A stretch of DNA of 64,000 nt from Bacilli bacterium (lineage in GTDB: Bacteria > Bacillota_I > Bacilli_A > RF39 > UBA660): contig JAGAFD010000007.1 in the NCBI GenBank assembly GCA_017612805.1, forward strand, positions 48,616 to 112,615. Direction: 5' to 3'. The notes under the pieces are model-generated. The model was not told where the DNA came from. It worked only from the letters and a program-made list of their open reading frames with translations, and did not search any database. This document shows, in pieces, positions 18,732 through 28,100 of the stretch (within the stretch, counting starts at the first letter, position 1; each line of letters begins with the position of its first letter). A program made the position numbers and the translations under genes.

Positions 18732-20591
18732 ATGAAAATAGTTAAACGGGATGGTAGAACCGTTGACTATGATCCTTTGAAGATTCACTTAGCAATAAAT
18801 AAAGCGAATCAAGAGGTCGAAGAGTCAAAGAGGTTATCAGACAAATATATCGATAAGATAGTTCAATATATTGAATCACTCGGTAAGAAACGAATATTGG
18901 TTGAAGACATTCAAGATATTATTGAAGAGAAGCTAATGGAGTATAAAAAATATGAATTAGCTAAATGTTATATTATCTATCGTCATAACCGAGCTTTAAT
19001 TCGTAAGTCAAATAATACCGATGAAAATATCCTAGGTATTATAAAAAGTCAAAATAAACGGCTTGTTGGTGATTCATACAAAAAGAATTGTGCAATAGCA
19101 GCGTTACAACGTGATATCGTTGCTGGAGAAATTTCTAAGGATATTACTAAGCGAGTCTTGTTACCAGAAAAGATAATAAGTGCTCACGAAGAAGGATTAA
19201 TATATTTTCACGATATGGATTATTTCATTCATTCAATATTTAATGCTTGTTATGTAAATATTGAAGATATGTTAAATAACGGAACGGTGATGAATGGTAT
19301 TACGATTGAATCGCCAAAGAGTTTCCAAGTAGCTTGTAATGTTACGACGCAGATATTATCACAAGTTGCATCTGGTCAATATGGAGCTACAACCATAAAT
19401 GTTTCGAAGTTAAGCCCTTACTTAAAAAAATCTTATTTAAAAATTAAAAAGAAATTAACAAAATTATATAAAGATAAAATCAGTCCTGAATTAATGGAAG
19501 AACTAATTGAAGAAAGAACTCAAACCGAATTATCTAACGGAGTTCAAACCCTTTTATATCAAACAAATACATTAATGACATCAACTGGTAAACCACCATT
19601 TGTAACCTTGGTGTTACATTTGGATAAAGATGATCCATTAATTGATTTAAGTGCCAAGATAATTAATAAGATAATAGATTTGTTTAAAGTTGGTATTTTA
19701 GATGAAGATGGTAGCTTTATTAAATATCAATATCCTAAATTAGTTTATATCTTAAGTGATAATAATGATATTAATAAGAAATATGGTTATATTACGGAAA
19801 ACTTATTAAACACTATCAATGAAATTGATGGATTAACAATTATTTCTGAACCAAAAATGAAGGAATTATTTGGTAGTGTATATGGACCTTTAAATAATAA
19901 TATGTTTTTAAGTCCATATAAAGAAAATGGTGAATATAAAGTTGATGGTAGATTTATTACCGGAATGGTATCAATAAATCTTACTAGTGCTTGTATTGAT
20001 GCTAACTATGCTATTGATAAGTTCTTTAAAATCTTAGAGGATCGCTTAGAGTTATCAAAAGATGCTTTATTGTGTCGTTATCGTTCACTTTTAAATGTTT
20101 CTAGTGACGTATCACCAATCCATTGGCAATATGGTGGAATTACTAGAATAGCAACTAATGAAAAAATTGATAACTATTTAAAAAATGGTTATAGCAATTT
20201 AGTATTAGGATATTCTGGATTAGAAGAATGTGCTAATGCAATGGATAATGAAAATAAGTTAGCAATTAAAACTAAGATCTTGCATTTTATTAATGAAAAA
20301 ATTAAGAGTTGGAATAAAGAAAATGAAATCGTAATAACCCTTTATAATAATTTAGATATCGGTAGTTATTTTATTAAAAAGGATTATGAACGATTTGGAA
20401 TTATTAAAAATTTAACAGATAAAGAAAGTTATGATAATGATCATTATATCGATTTAAATAACTATGAAAATCAGACAATCTTACAAGATATGTCTTTAGG
20501 GGGCTACACATTAAAAATTAAGAAGGAAGATTTAACGGTAGAAAATCTTTCAATTATTAAGAAAAATATTTGGTATGTAGAGGTAGAGTAA
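18732..20591 (+). CDS. Class III RNR (NrdD) paralog with ATP cone, lacking catalytic Cys and the glycyl-radical domain
   Basis: ATP cone IVKRDG; FHDMDY; NAC for NCC; GPLNN for MGCR; no CxxC/RxxGY C-terminus. Confidence 0.85.
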   Translation: MKIVKRDGRTVDYDPLKIHLAINKANQEVEESKRLSDKYIDKIVQYIESLGKKRILVEDIQDIIEEKLMEYKKYELAKCYIIYRHNRALIRKSNNTDENILGIIKSQNKRLVGDSYKKNCAIAALQRDIVAGEISKDITKRVLLPEKIISAHEEGLIYFHDMDYFIHSIFNACYVNIEDMLNNGTVMNGITIESPKSFQVACNVTTQILSQVASGQYGATTINVSKLSPYLKKSYLKIKKKLTKLYKDKISPELMEELIEERTQTELSNGVQTLLYQTNTLMTSTGKPPFVTLVLHLDKDDPLIDLSAKIINKIIDLFKVGILDEDGSFIKYQYPKLVYILSDNNDINKKYGYITENLLNTINEIDGLTIISEPKMKELFGSVYGPLNNNMFLSPYKENGEYKVDGRFITGMVSINLTSACIDANYAIDKFFKILEDRLELSKDALLCRYRSLLNVSSDVSPIHWQYGGITRIATNEKIDNYLKNGYSNLVLGYSGLEECANAMDNENKLAIKTKILHFINEKIKSWNKENEIVITLYNNLDIGSYFIKKDYERFGIIKNLTDKESYDNDHYIDLNNYENQTILQDMSLGGYTLKIKKEDLTVENLSIIKKNIWYVEVE

Positions 20592-20593
20592 AA

Positions 20594-22744
20594 ATGGTAA
20601 AAAATAATATTAGAATTCTTAAAAAAAGTGGAGCCATTCAAGAGTTTAATGGTGAAAAAATTAAATCAGCAATTAGAAGAAGTGCTGAAAGAGTATGTGT
20701 AACTTTAACCGACAAGGAAGAAGAAAAGGTTGTTGAAACGGTAAGAAAACAACTTGAATTTAATGAGGTTCCAGTTCCGGTTTCAACAATTCATAATATG
20801 GTTGAATGTGCACTTGATACCGTAAACACTTCAGTTGCTAAAAGTTATCGTGAATATCGTGATAACAAAAGTGCTTTTGCATCAATGTTAGATAAAGTTT
20901 ATAACAAAAAGTTATCGCTAAACTTTATTGGTGATCGTAGTAATGCTAATTCTGATAGCGCTTTAGTTACTACTCAAAAAGCAATTGTTTATAACGAACT
21001 TAATAGTGAACTATATAAAAAATTCTTTTTAACAGTTGAAGAAGAAAAAGCAATGAGTGAAGGTTTTATTTATATTCATGACCGTGGTTCAAGACTCGAT
21101 GCCATGAATTGTTGCTTATTTGATATGAAAAGCTTACTTACTGGCGGATTCCAAATGGGTAATCTAGATTATCAAGAACCTAAAACCTTAGATGTTGCAT
21201 TTGACTTAATTGCCGATGTTTCAATGAATGCTGCTTCTTGTCAATATGGTGGATTTAGTATTTCTGAGATTGATAAATTACTAGCACCATATGCTGAAAA
21301 ATCATATAAAAAGTATCTTAAAGATTATAAAAAGATTGTTGAAGAAGCTGGTGGTAAATATGATAAGAAAAAAGCCGACGAATATGCAATGAAAAAAGTT
21401 GAACGTGATATGGAACAAGGTTTCCAAGGATTCGAAATGAAGTTCAACTCAGTAGCATCTAGTCGTGGTGATTATCCGTTTACTTCAATTAGTATGGGTT
21501 TAGGAACTGGTAAGTTTGAAACATTAGCTACATCAGTTTGTATGCGTGTAAGAAAAGAAGGACAAGGAGCTCCGGGATTTAAACATCCAGTGCTATTCCC
21601 AAAAATTAGTTTCTTCTTTGATCATAACTTACATGGCAAAGGTAAAAAACTAGAGTGGTTATTTGATGAAGCAATTGATTGTTCTTCAAAAGCAATGTAT
21701 CCTGATTATATTTCTTGTACAGGTGATGGTTATGGACCTTCAATGTATAAAAAATATGGGGTTACAATTTCAAGAATGGGTTGTCGTGCTAATTTATCGC
21801 CTTGGTATGAAAGAGGCGGTATGGATCCCGCTGATGAAAACGATAAACCAGTTTATGAAGGAAGATTTAATTTAGGAGCTATTTCCATAAACTTCCCAAT
21901 GATTGCTTATAAAGCACAAAAAGAAAATCGCGATTTCTATGAAGTATTAACATATTACATGGAAATGATTAGAAATATTCATAAAAGAACATTTAATTAT
22001 TTTTCACATAAAAAAGCTGGAACTAATCCATTAGGTTTCTGTCAAGGAGCTTTCTATAATGGGCACTTTGATCCAGAAGATGAAATTGGTGAAGATTTCT
22101 TAAGACCAATGACCATGAGTTATGGTATTACTGCTTTAAACGAAGCTAGTATTATTCAAACCGGAAAAGAAATTCATGAAGATAACAGTTTTGCTATCGA
22201 AGTATTAAAATTTATTAATGATTATACTAATCGTATTAAAAGAGAAGATAATATTTTATATGCTATTTATGGTACACCTGCTGAAACATTATCTGGTACT
22301 CAAGTTAAACAATTTAGAAAAATGTATGGTGAATATAAAGGCGTTACTGATAAACCATATACAACTAATTCATTCCATTGTTCAGTAAAAGCTGATATTA
22401 CGCCAATTCAAAAACAAGATATTGAATATCCAATGTTCCATTTATGTAATGGTGGAAACATTCAATATTGTCGATATAAACTTGGTTATAATAAAGAAGC
22501 TATTAAAACCATGGTACTTCGTGGAATGGATATGGGATTCTATGAAGGCGTTAATTTACAATTAGATTATTGTGAAAAATGTGGACATCAATTTATTGAT
22601 AGTGACACATGTCCAAAATGTGGTAGTAGCGATATAACTAGAATTGAAAGAATGAATGGTTATTTAGGCTATTCCAGAATTAAAGGTAGAACAATGTACA
22701 ACGATGTTAAACTTGCTGAATTTAAAGATAGGGTGAGTATGTAA
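20594..22744 (+). CDS. nrdD: Anaerobic ribonucleoside-triphosphate reductase
   Basis: ATP cone, NCC, MGCR, YGTPAE, CEKC..CPKC, glycyl motif RMNGYLG. Confidence 0.96.
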   Translation: MVKNNIRILKKSGAIQEFNGEKIKSAIRRSAERVCVTLTDKEEEKVVETVRKQLEFNEVPVPVSTIHNMVECALDTVNTSVAKSYREYRDNKSAFASMLDKVYNKKLSLNFIGDRSNANSDSALVTTQKAIVYNELNSELYKKFFLTVEEEKAMSEGFIYIHDRGSRLDAMNCCLFDMKSLLTGGFQMGNLDYQEPKTLDVAFDLIADVSMNAASCQYGGFSISEIDKLLAPYAEKSYKKYLKDYKKIVEEAGGKYDKKKADEYAMKKVERDMEQGFQGFEMKFNSVASSRGDYPFTSISMGLGTGKFETLATSVCMRVRKEGQGAPGFKHPVLFPKISFFFDHNLHGKGKKLEWLFDEAIDCSSKAMYPDYISCTGDGYGPSMYKKYGVTISRMGCRANLSPWYERGGMDPADENDKPVYEGRFNLGAISINFPMIAYKAQKENRDFYEVLTYYMEMIRNIHKRTFNYFSHKKAGTNPLGFCQGAFYNGHFDPEDEIGEDFLRPMTMSYGITALNEASIIQTGKEIHEDNSFAIEVLKFINDYTNRIKREDNILYAIYGTPAETLSGTQVKQFRKMYGEYKGVTDKPYTTNSFHCSVKADITPIQKQDIEYPMFHLCNGGNIQYCRYKLGYNKEAIKTMVLRGMDMGFYEGVNLQLDYCEKCGHQFIDSDTCPKCGSSDITRIERMNGYLGYSRIKGRTMYNDVKLAEFKDRVSM

Positions 22745-23271
22745 TGAGATATCATAATATTACTAAAGCGGATATGTTAAATGGTAGTGGACTTAGAGTA
22801 GTTTTGTGGGTAAGTGGCTGCTCTCATCATTGTAAGGGTTGTCAAAATAAAATTACTTGGAATCCGCTATGCGGTTTAATATTTGATGATGACGCTAAAC
22901 AAGAAATATTTACTGAATTAGAAAATGATTGGTGTAGTGGAATTACGCTTTCTGGTGGGGATCCTTTATTCCCTGGTAATAGAGCTGATATCGCATTATT
23001 AGTTAAAGAAATTAAAGAAAAATATCCAAATAAAAATATTTGGTGTTATACCGGATTTACTTGGGATGAATTAATGGAACAAGTAGAAACGGATGAAAAT
23101 CTAAAAACCATTTTAGATAATATTGATGTATTATGTGAAGGTCGATATGTAGAAAATGAACGTAATATTAATAAGCACTGGGTTGGTTCAAATAATCAAA
23201 AAGTGTTAGATGTTCATAAGAGCTTATCTACTCATCACGTTAACTTGATAGAAGGAGAAATTTATGGCTAG
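22744..23271 (+). CDS. nrdG: Anaerobic RNR activating enzyme (radical SAM)
   Basis: NG.GLR..LWVSGCSHHCKGC, SGGDP, GS.NQ. Confidence 0.96.
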   Translation: MRYHNITKADMLNGSGLRVVLWVSGCSHHCKGCQNKITWNPLCGLIFDDDAKQEIFTELENDWCSGITLSGGDPLFPGNRADIALLVKEIKEKYPNKNIWCYTGFTWDELMEQVETDENLKTILDNIDVLCEGRYVENERNINKHWVGSNNQKVLDVHKSLSTHHVNLIEGEIYG

Positions 23272-23716
23272 AGGTTTTGAAATTGCTAAAGGATGGGAAG
23301 ATAAAGGAATAAATATTCCTGTTAGAAAAACGAAAAATGCTGCTGGTTATGATGTAGAAGCAGCAGAAGATATTATTATTCCAGTATGGAAACCAGGTAT
23401 TAAACCAACATTAATTCCAACCGGTTTAAAAGCTTATTGTGAACCTGATGAATGGTATATGTTAGCTAATCGTAGTTCGGGACCTAAAAAAGGTTTTGTA
23501 ATGGCTAATTCAATCGGAATTATTGATTCAGATTACTATTGTAATCCTGATAATGATGGACATTTCTATTTTTCATACTTTAATTGTTCAGATCATGATA
23601 TAGAAGTTAAAAAAGGAGACGTAATTGGTCAAGTAATATTCATGAAGTACTTAATTACTGATGATGATAATGCTTCTGGAATACGCCAAGGAGGCTTCGG
23701 ATCTACTGATAAATAA
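23264..23716 (+). CDS. dut: dUTPase
   Basis: AAGYD, RSS, GIIDSDYY, R.GGFGST. Confidence 0.95.
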   Translation: MARGFEIAKGWEDKGINIPVRKTKNAAGYDVEAAEDIIIPVWKPGIKPTLIPTGLKAYCEPDEWYMLANRSSGPKKGFVMANSIGIIDSDYYCNPDNDGHFYFSYFNCSDHDIEVKKGDVIGQVIFMKYLITDDDNASGIRQGGFGSTDK

Positions 23717-23807
23717 AGTAAGTTTTACTTACTTTTTTTATTGATATTTAAAAATTATTTCATTATAATTAATAGCGTGCGATATAAATTAAATATGGAG
23801 GATTATA

Positions 23808-25571
23808 ATGTTTAAAATAATAAAAAATTTAACAATTAAAGATGTAATTTTTTGTTTAATAGCACTTGTTTTAATTGTTGGACAAGTCTATTTAGATTTA
23901 AAAACACCAGATTATATGTCGAAGATAACAGAATTAGTAACCACTGGTGGATTGATGAAAGATATTTTAATTCAAGGTGCTTACATGTTACTTTGTACTT
24001 TAGGCGGATTAGTGTTAGCAGTAAGTATTGGTTATATTACGGCTAGAGTTGGAACTAATTTTAGTAAAGTTTTAAGAAGAAAAATCTTTAAAAAAGTTAA
24101 TTCCTTTAATATGGGAGAAATTAAAGGATTTTCAACAAGTAGTTTAATTACAAGAAGTACTAATGATGTTATGCAAGTGCAAAACTTTATTACCATGGGA
24201 TTACAAATGGCTGTAAGATCACCAATTATGGCAATATGGGCGATAACAAAGATAGCCAATAAAGGATTTGAATTTTCAATTGTAACGGCTTTTGGGGTAT
24301 CAATTATTATCGTGATGATTACAATTTTGTTAGTATCGGTATTACCTAAATTTAAGTTAATTCAAACATTAACTGATGATTTAAATAATACTACCCGTGA
24401 AAATGTTACTGGTATAAGAGTTATTAGGGCTTTTAATGCGGAGAAATTTCATCAAAAAAGATTTAATAAGGCTAATAATAGTTTAACAAATATTCACATG
24501 TATATTCAAAAAAGATTAGCATTAATGAGTCCAACGATGACTTTAGTAATGCAAAGCTTATCTTTAGGTATTTATGTTATTGGAGTATTACTAATTAATA
24601 AAACTATTAATCCAGCTGATAAAATTACCGTATTTGGTAATATGGTAGTCTTTACTTCTTATGCTGTTCAAGTAATCTTTTCTTTAATTATGTTAATAGT
24701 AGTATTTGTATTTTATCCAAGAGCAGCTGTTTCTGCTAATCGTATTAATGAAGTATTAGAAACCGATACAACTATTAAAGATGGATTAGTTGATCACGAT
24801 GTTAATAATGTTAAAGGGGAAGTTGAATTTAAAAATGTTAGCTTTAAATATCCAGATGCTGAAGAATATATTCTAAATGATATTTCTTTTAAAGCAAATA
24901 AAGGCGAAACAATTGCATTCATTGGTTCAACTGGTTCTGGTAAATCTACCTTAATAAATTTAATTCCGCGCTTTTATGATGCTACTAAAGGCGAAGTTTT
25001 AGTTGATGGGGTTAATGTAAGGGAAATGAAATTATCTTATTTATATAATAAGATTGGTTATATATCTCAAAAACCAGTAATGTTTAAAAAATCAATTAAA
25101 GATAATATTTCATTTGGTAAGTGTGCGAGTGGTAAAGCTTCGGATAAAGATATAACTGATGCATTAAAATATGCTGAAGCATCTAGTTTCGTTAAAAAAT
25201 TAGAAGGGCAAGAAACTTATGAAATTGCTCAAGGTGGTAATAATGTATCTGGTGGACAAAAACAACGTTTATCGATAGCTCGTGCTATTGCTCGGAAACC
25301 GGAAATCTTTATCTTTGATGATTCATTTAGTGCCCTAGATTATAAAACTGATTATGAACTTAGAAAGAATCTTAAAAAATATTTAAAAGATTCAACAGTA
25401 TTCATTGTTGCTCAAAGAATTGGAACAATTAAGAATGCGGATAAAATTATTGTTTTAGATAATGGTACTTGTGTTGGAATGGGTACGCATCATGAATTGT
25501 TAAAAACTTGTGAAGTTTATAAAGAAATAGCTGAATCACAATTATCAAAGGAGGAGTTAGAAAATGCATAA
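23808..25571 (+). CDS. Heterodimeric multidrug-type ABC exporter, degenerate-site subunit
   Basis: TMD plus NBD; GSTGSGKS, VSGGQ, FDD, AQR. Confidence 0.92.
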   Translation: MFKIIKNLTIKDVIFCLIALVLIVGQVYLDLKTPDYMSKITELVTTGGLMKDILIQGAYMLLCTLGGLVLAVSIGYITARVGTNFSKVLRRKIFKKVNSFNMGEIKGFSTSSLITRSTNDVMQVQNFITMGLQMAVRSPIMAIWAITKIANKGFEFSIVTAFGVSIIIVMITILLVSVLPKFKLIQTLTDDLNNTTRENVTGIRVIRAFNAEKFHQKRFNKANNSLTNIHMYIQKRLALMSPTMTLVMQSLSLGIYVIGVLLINKTINPADKITVFGNMVVFTSYAVQVIFSLIMLIVVFVFYPRAAVSANRINEVLETDTTIKDGLVDHDVNNVKGEVEFKNVSFKYPDAEEYILNDISFKANKGETIAFIGSTGSGKSTLINLIPRFYDATKGEVLVDGVNVREMKLSYLYNKIGYISQKPVMFKKSIKDNISFGKCASGKASDKDITDALKYAEASSFVKKLEGQETYEIAQGGNNVSGGQKQRLSIARAIARKPEIFIFDDSFSALDYKTDYELRKNLKKYLKDSTVFIVAQRIGTIKNADKIIVLDNGTCVGMGTHHELLKTCEVYKEIAESQLSKEELENA

Positions 25572-27351
25572 TCACGGAAAACCAAATAACTCTAAGCCTA
25601 AAGATTTAAAGGGTACCTTAATTAAATTAATTAAGTATTCTAAATCTTTTGCTCCTCTATTTATTTTAGCTATTATCTTAGCTTTCTTATCTAGTATTAT
25701 TCAAATAATTGGACCAGATAAAATAAAAGATATTACCAATATAATTACCCAAAACTTAATGGTAGGTATCCCATTTGCCGAAGTTAGAAAAATAGCTATA
25801 TTCTTAGCTATCATCTATGTATTAGGGTTTATCTTTAATTATATTCAAGGTTATATCATGGCATATATTACTAACATTATTTCAAGGAACTATAGAAATG
25901 ATATAGCTATTAAAATTAATAAATTACCACTAGCTTATTTTGATCGCTCTGAAACTGGTGATATTTTATCAAGGGTTACGAATGATGTTGATACCATTTG
26001 TCATACATTAAGTGATTCAGTTGGTGTATTAGTTGGCTCTGGAACATTATTTATTGGTACTACTATTATGATGTTTTATACTAATTGGATTATGGCATTA
26101 ACGGCAATCGTTTCGAGTATAATTGGTTTTATTGGAATGATTTTGATTGTTTCTTTAAGTCAAAAATACTTTGATGGTATGCAAAAAGGTTTAGGAGACA
26201 TTAATGGCCATATTGAAGAAGTTTACTCAGGACATAATGTAGTTAAAGCTTATAATGGTGAAGAAGAAGTATTAAAAGAATTTGATGAAATTAATGAAAA
26301 GTTATATAAAGACAGTAAAAAAGGTTATTTCTATTCGGGTTTAATGGGACCTTTAATGGGATTTATCGGAAACTTTGGTTACGTATGTGTCTGTATTGTT
26401 GGTGCCGTATTAACTTCTAAAAACTATATTGATTTTGGAGTTATTGTTGCCTTTATGATTTATATTCGCTTATTTTCTAATCCGCTTTCTCAATTAGCAC
26501 AAGTTGCTAATCAAGTCCAAATGATGGCAGCTGCTGGTGAAAGAGTATTTGAATTCTTGGAAGAACAAGAATTATCTAATGAAGAGGCTATTACTAAAGA
26601 ATTAATACCATCAAAAGTTAAGGGAAATATTAAATTTGATCATGTTAAATTTGGTTACAATGATGATAAATTAATAATTAAAGATTTTAGTGCTGATATT
26701 AAAAAAGGTCAAAAAATAGCTATTGTTGGACCAACTGGTGCTGGTAAGACAACTTTGGTTAATCTATTAATGCGTTTTTATGAAATTAATCAAGGTTCAA
26801 TATCTATTGATGGGGTTAATATTAAAGATATTACGCGGGAAAATATTCATAAATTATTTATTATGGTATTACAAGATACGTGGACATTTGATGGCACAAT
26901 TAATGAAAATATTAAATATAATAAATATCATGTTACGGATGAAGATGTTGTTAATGCTTGTAAAACGGTTGGATTACATCACTTTATTAAAACACTTCCT
27001 AATGGTTATGATACTAAATTAGGTGATGTTGATTCGCTTTCAGCTGGCCAAAAACAATTATTAACCATTGCCCGTGGTATGATTGAGGATGCTCCGTTCT
27101 TAATTTTGGATGAAGCTACATCTAATGTTGATACAAGAACCGAAAGTTTAGTACAAAAAGCAATGGATAAATTGACTAAAGGAAGAACAAGCTTTATTAT
27201 TGCCCATCGTTTATCAACAATTAAAAATGCTGATTTAATCTTAGTATTAGATGAAGGTAATATTGTTGAAATGGGTAATCATGAAGAATTATTAAAACTT
27301 AATGGTTTTTATGCAAACCTTTATAATTCACAATTTCAAAGTATTGATTAA
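25564..27351 (+). CDS. Heterodimeric multidrug-type ABC exporter, consensus-site subunit
   Basis: TMD plus NBD; GPTGAGKT, LSAGQ, LDEATS, AHRL. Confidence 0.92.
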   Translation: MHNHGKPNNSKPKDLKGTLIKLIKYSKSFAPLFILAIILAFLSSIIQIIGPDKIKDITNIITQNLMVGIPFAEVRKIAIFLAIIYVLGFIFNYIQGYIMAYITNIISRNYRNDIAIKINKLPLAYFDRSETGDILSRVTNDVDTICHTLSDSVGVLVGSGTLFIGTTIMMFYTNWIMALTAIVSSIIGFIGMILIVSLSQKYFDGMQKGLGDINGHIEEVYSGHNVVKAYNGEEEVLKEFDEINEKLYKDSKKGYFYSGLMGPLMGFIGNFGYVCVCIVGAVLTSKNYIDFGVIVAFMIYIRLFSNPLSQLAQVANQVQMMAAAGERVFEFLEEQELSNEEAITKELIPSKVKGNIKFDHVKFGYNDDKLIIKDFSADIKKGQKIAIVGPTGAGKTTLVNLLMRFYEINQGSISIDGVNIKDITRENIHKLFIMVLQDTWTFDGTINENIKYNKYHVTDEDVVNACKTVGLHHFIKTLPNGYDTKLGDVDSLSAGQKQLLTIARGMIEDAPFLILDEATSNVDTRTESLVQKAMDKLTKGRTSFIIAHRLSTIKNADLILVLDEGNIVEMGNHEELLKLNGFYANLYNSQFQSID

Positions 27352-27365
27352 TATAGGAGGTATAC

Positions 27366-28037
27366 ATGGCAGGTAAAATAATTGTTATTGAGGGATCTTG
27401 CGATGGTATTGGTAAATCAACCCAATACAAAAAATTAATTGAAAGATTAAAAGGAGAAGGCTATGACATCTATGCTCATCATTTTCCAACTTATGATACA
27501 CCACATGGAATGCTAGTACAAAAGTACTTAAATGGTGATTATGGAGATCGTAAAAACTTACCACCATATCTAATTGCAGATTTTTATGCAATTGACCGTG
27601 GTGTTATGTGGCAATTAGAATTAAAACAAGCTTATGAAGAAGGTAAAATAATCTTGTTAGATCGTTATACTACTTCATCATTATTTTACTTATCATCTGA
27701 ATTTGACTCTAAAGAAGAAGTTATTAAGTTTGTTGATTATAATACGGACTTTGAATATAACAAACTGGGAATTCAAGCTCCAGACTTAGTAATATTCTTG
27801 ACTGCTCCTTATGATTTAGTAATGGAAATGAAAAAAAATCGTAAACAAAATGATGGAATTATTAACGATATTCATGAAAAAGATTTAGAATTTATGAAGC
27901 ACGTTTATGATAATTCATTATTTGTTGCAGATTATCAAAACTGGAGTATTGTTAATTGTGCTAAAGATAATAAATTACGTGCAATTGATGATATTCATGA
28001 AGAAGTTTATCAATTAGTTAAAAAAATAGGTATTTAA
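27366..28037 (+). CDS. tmk: Thymidylate kinase
   Basis: IEG..DG.GKSTQ, FP.Y, DRY, PDLVIFL. Confidence 0.88.
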   Translation: MAGKIIVIEGSCDGIGKSTQYKKLIERLKGEGYDIYAHHFPTYDTPHGMLVQKYLNGDYGDRKNLPPYLIADFYAIDRGVMWQLELKQAYEEGKIILLDRYTTSSLFYLSSEFDSKEEVIKFVDYNTDFEYNKLGIQAPDLVIFLTAPYDLVMEMKKNRKQNDGIINDIHEKDLEFMKHVYDNSLFVADYQNWSIVNCAKDNKLRAIDDIHEEVYQLVKKIGI

Positions 28038-28100
28038 ATACCTATTTTTTGTTGGTTATATGTTATAATAATACTGGAATAATAGTAATGGGGTTATCTA

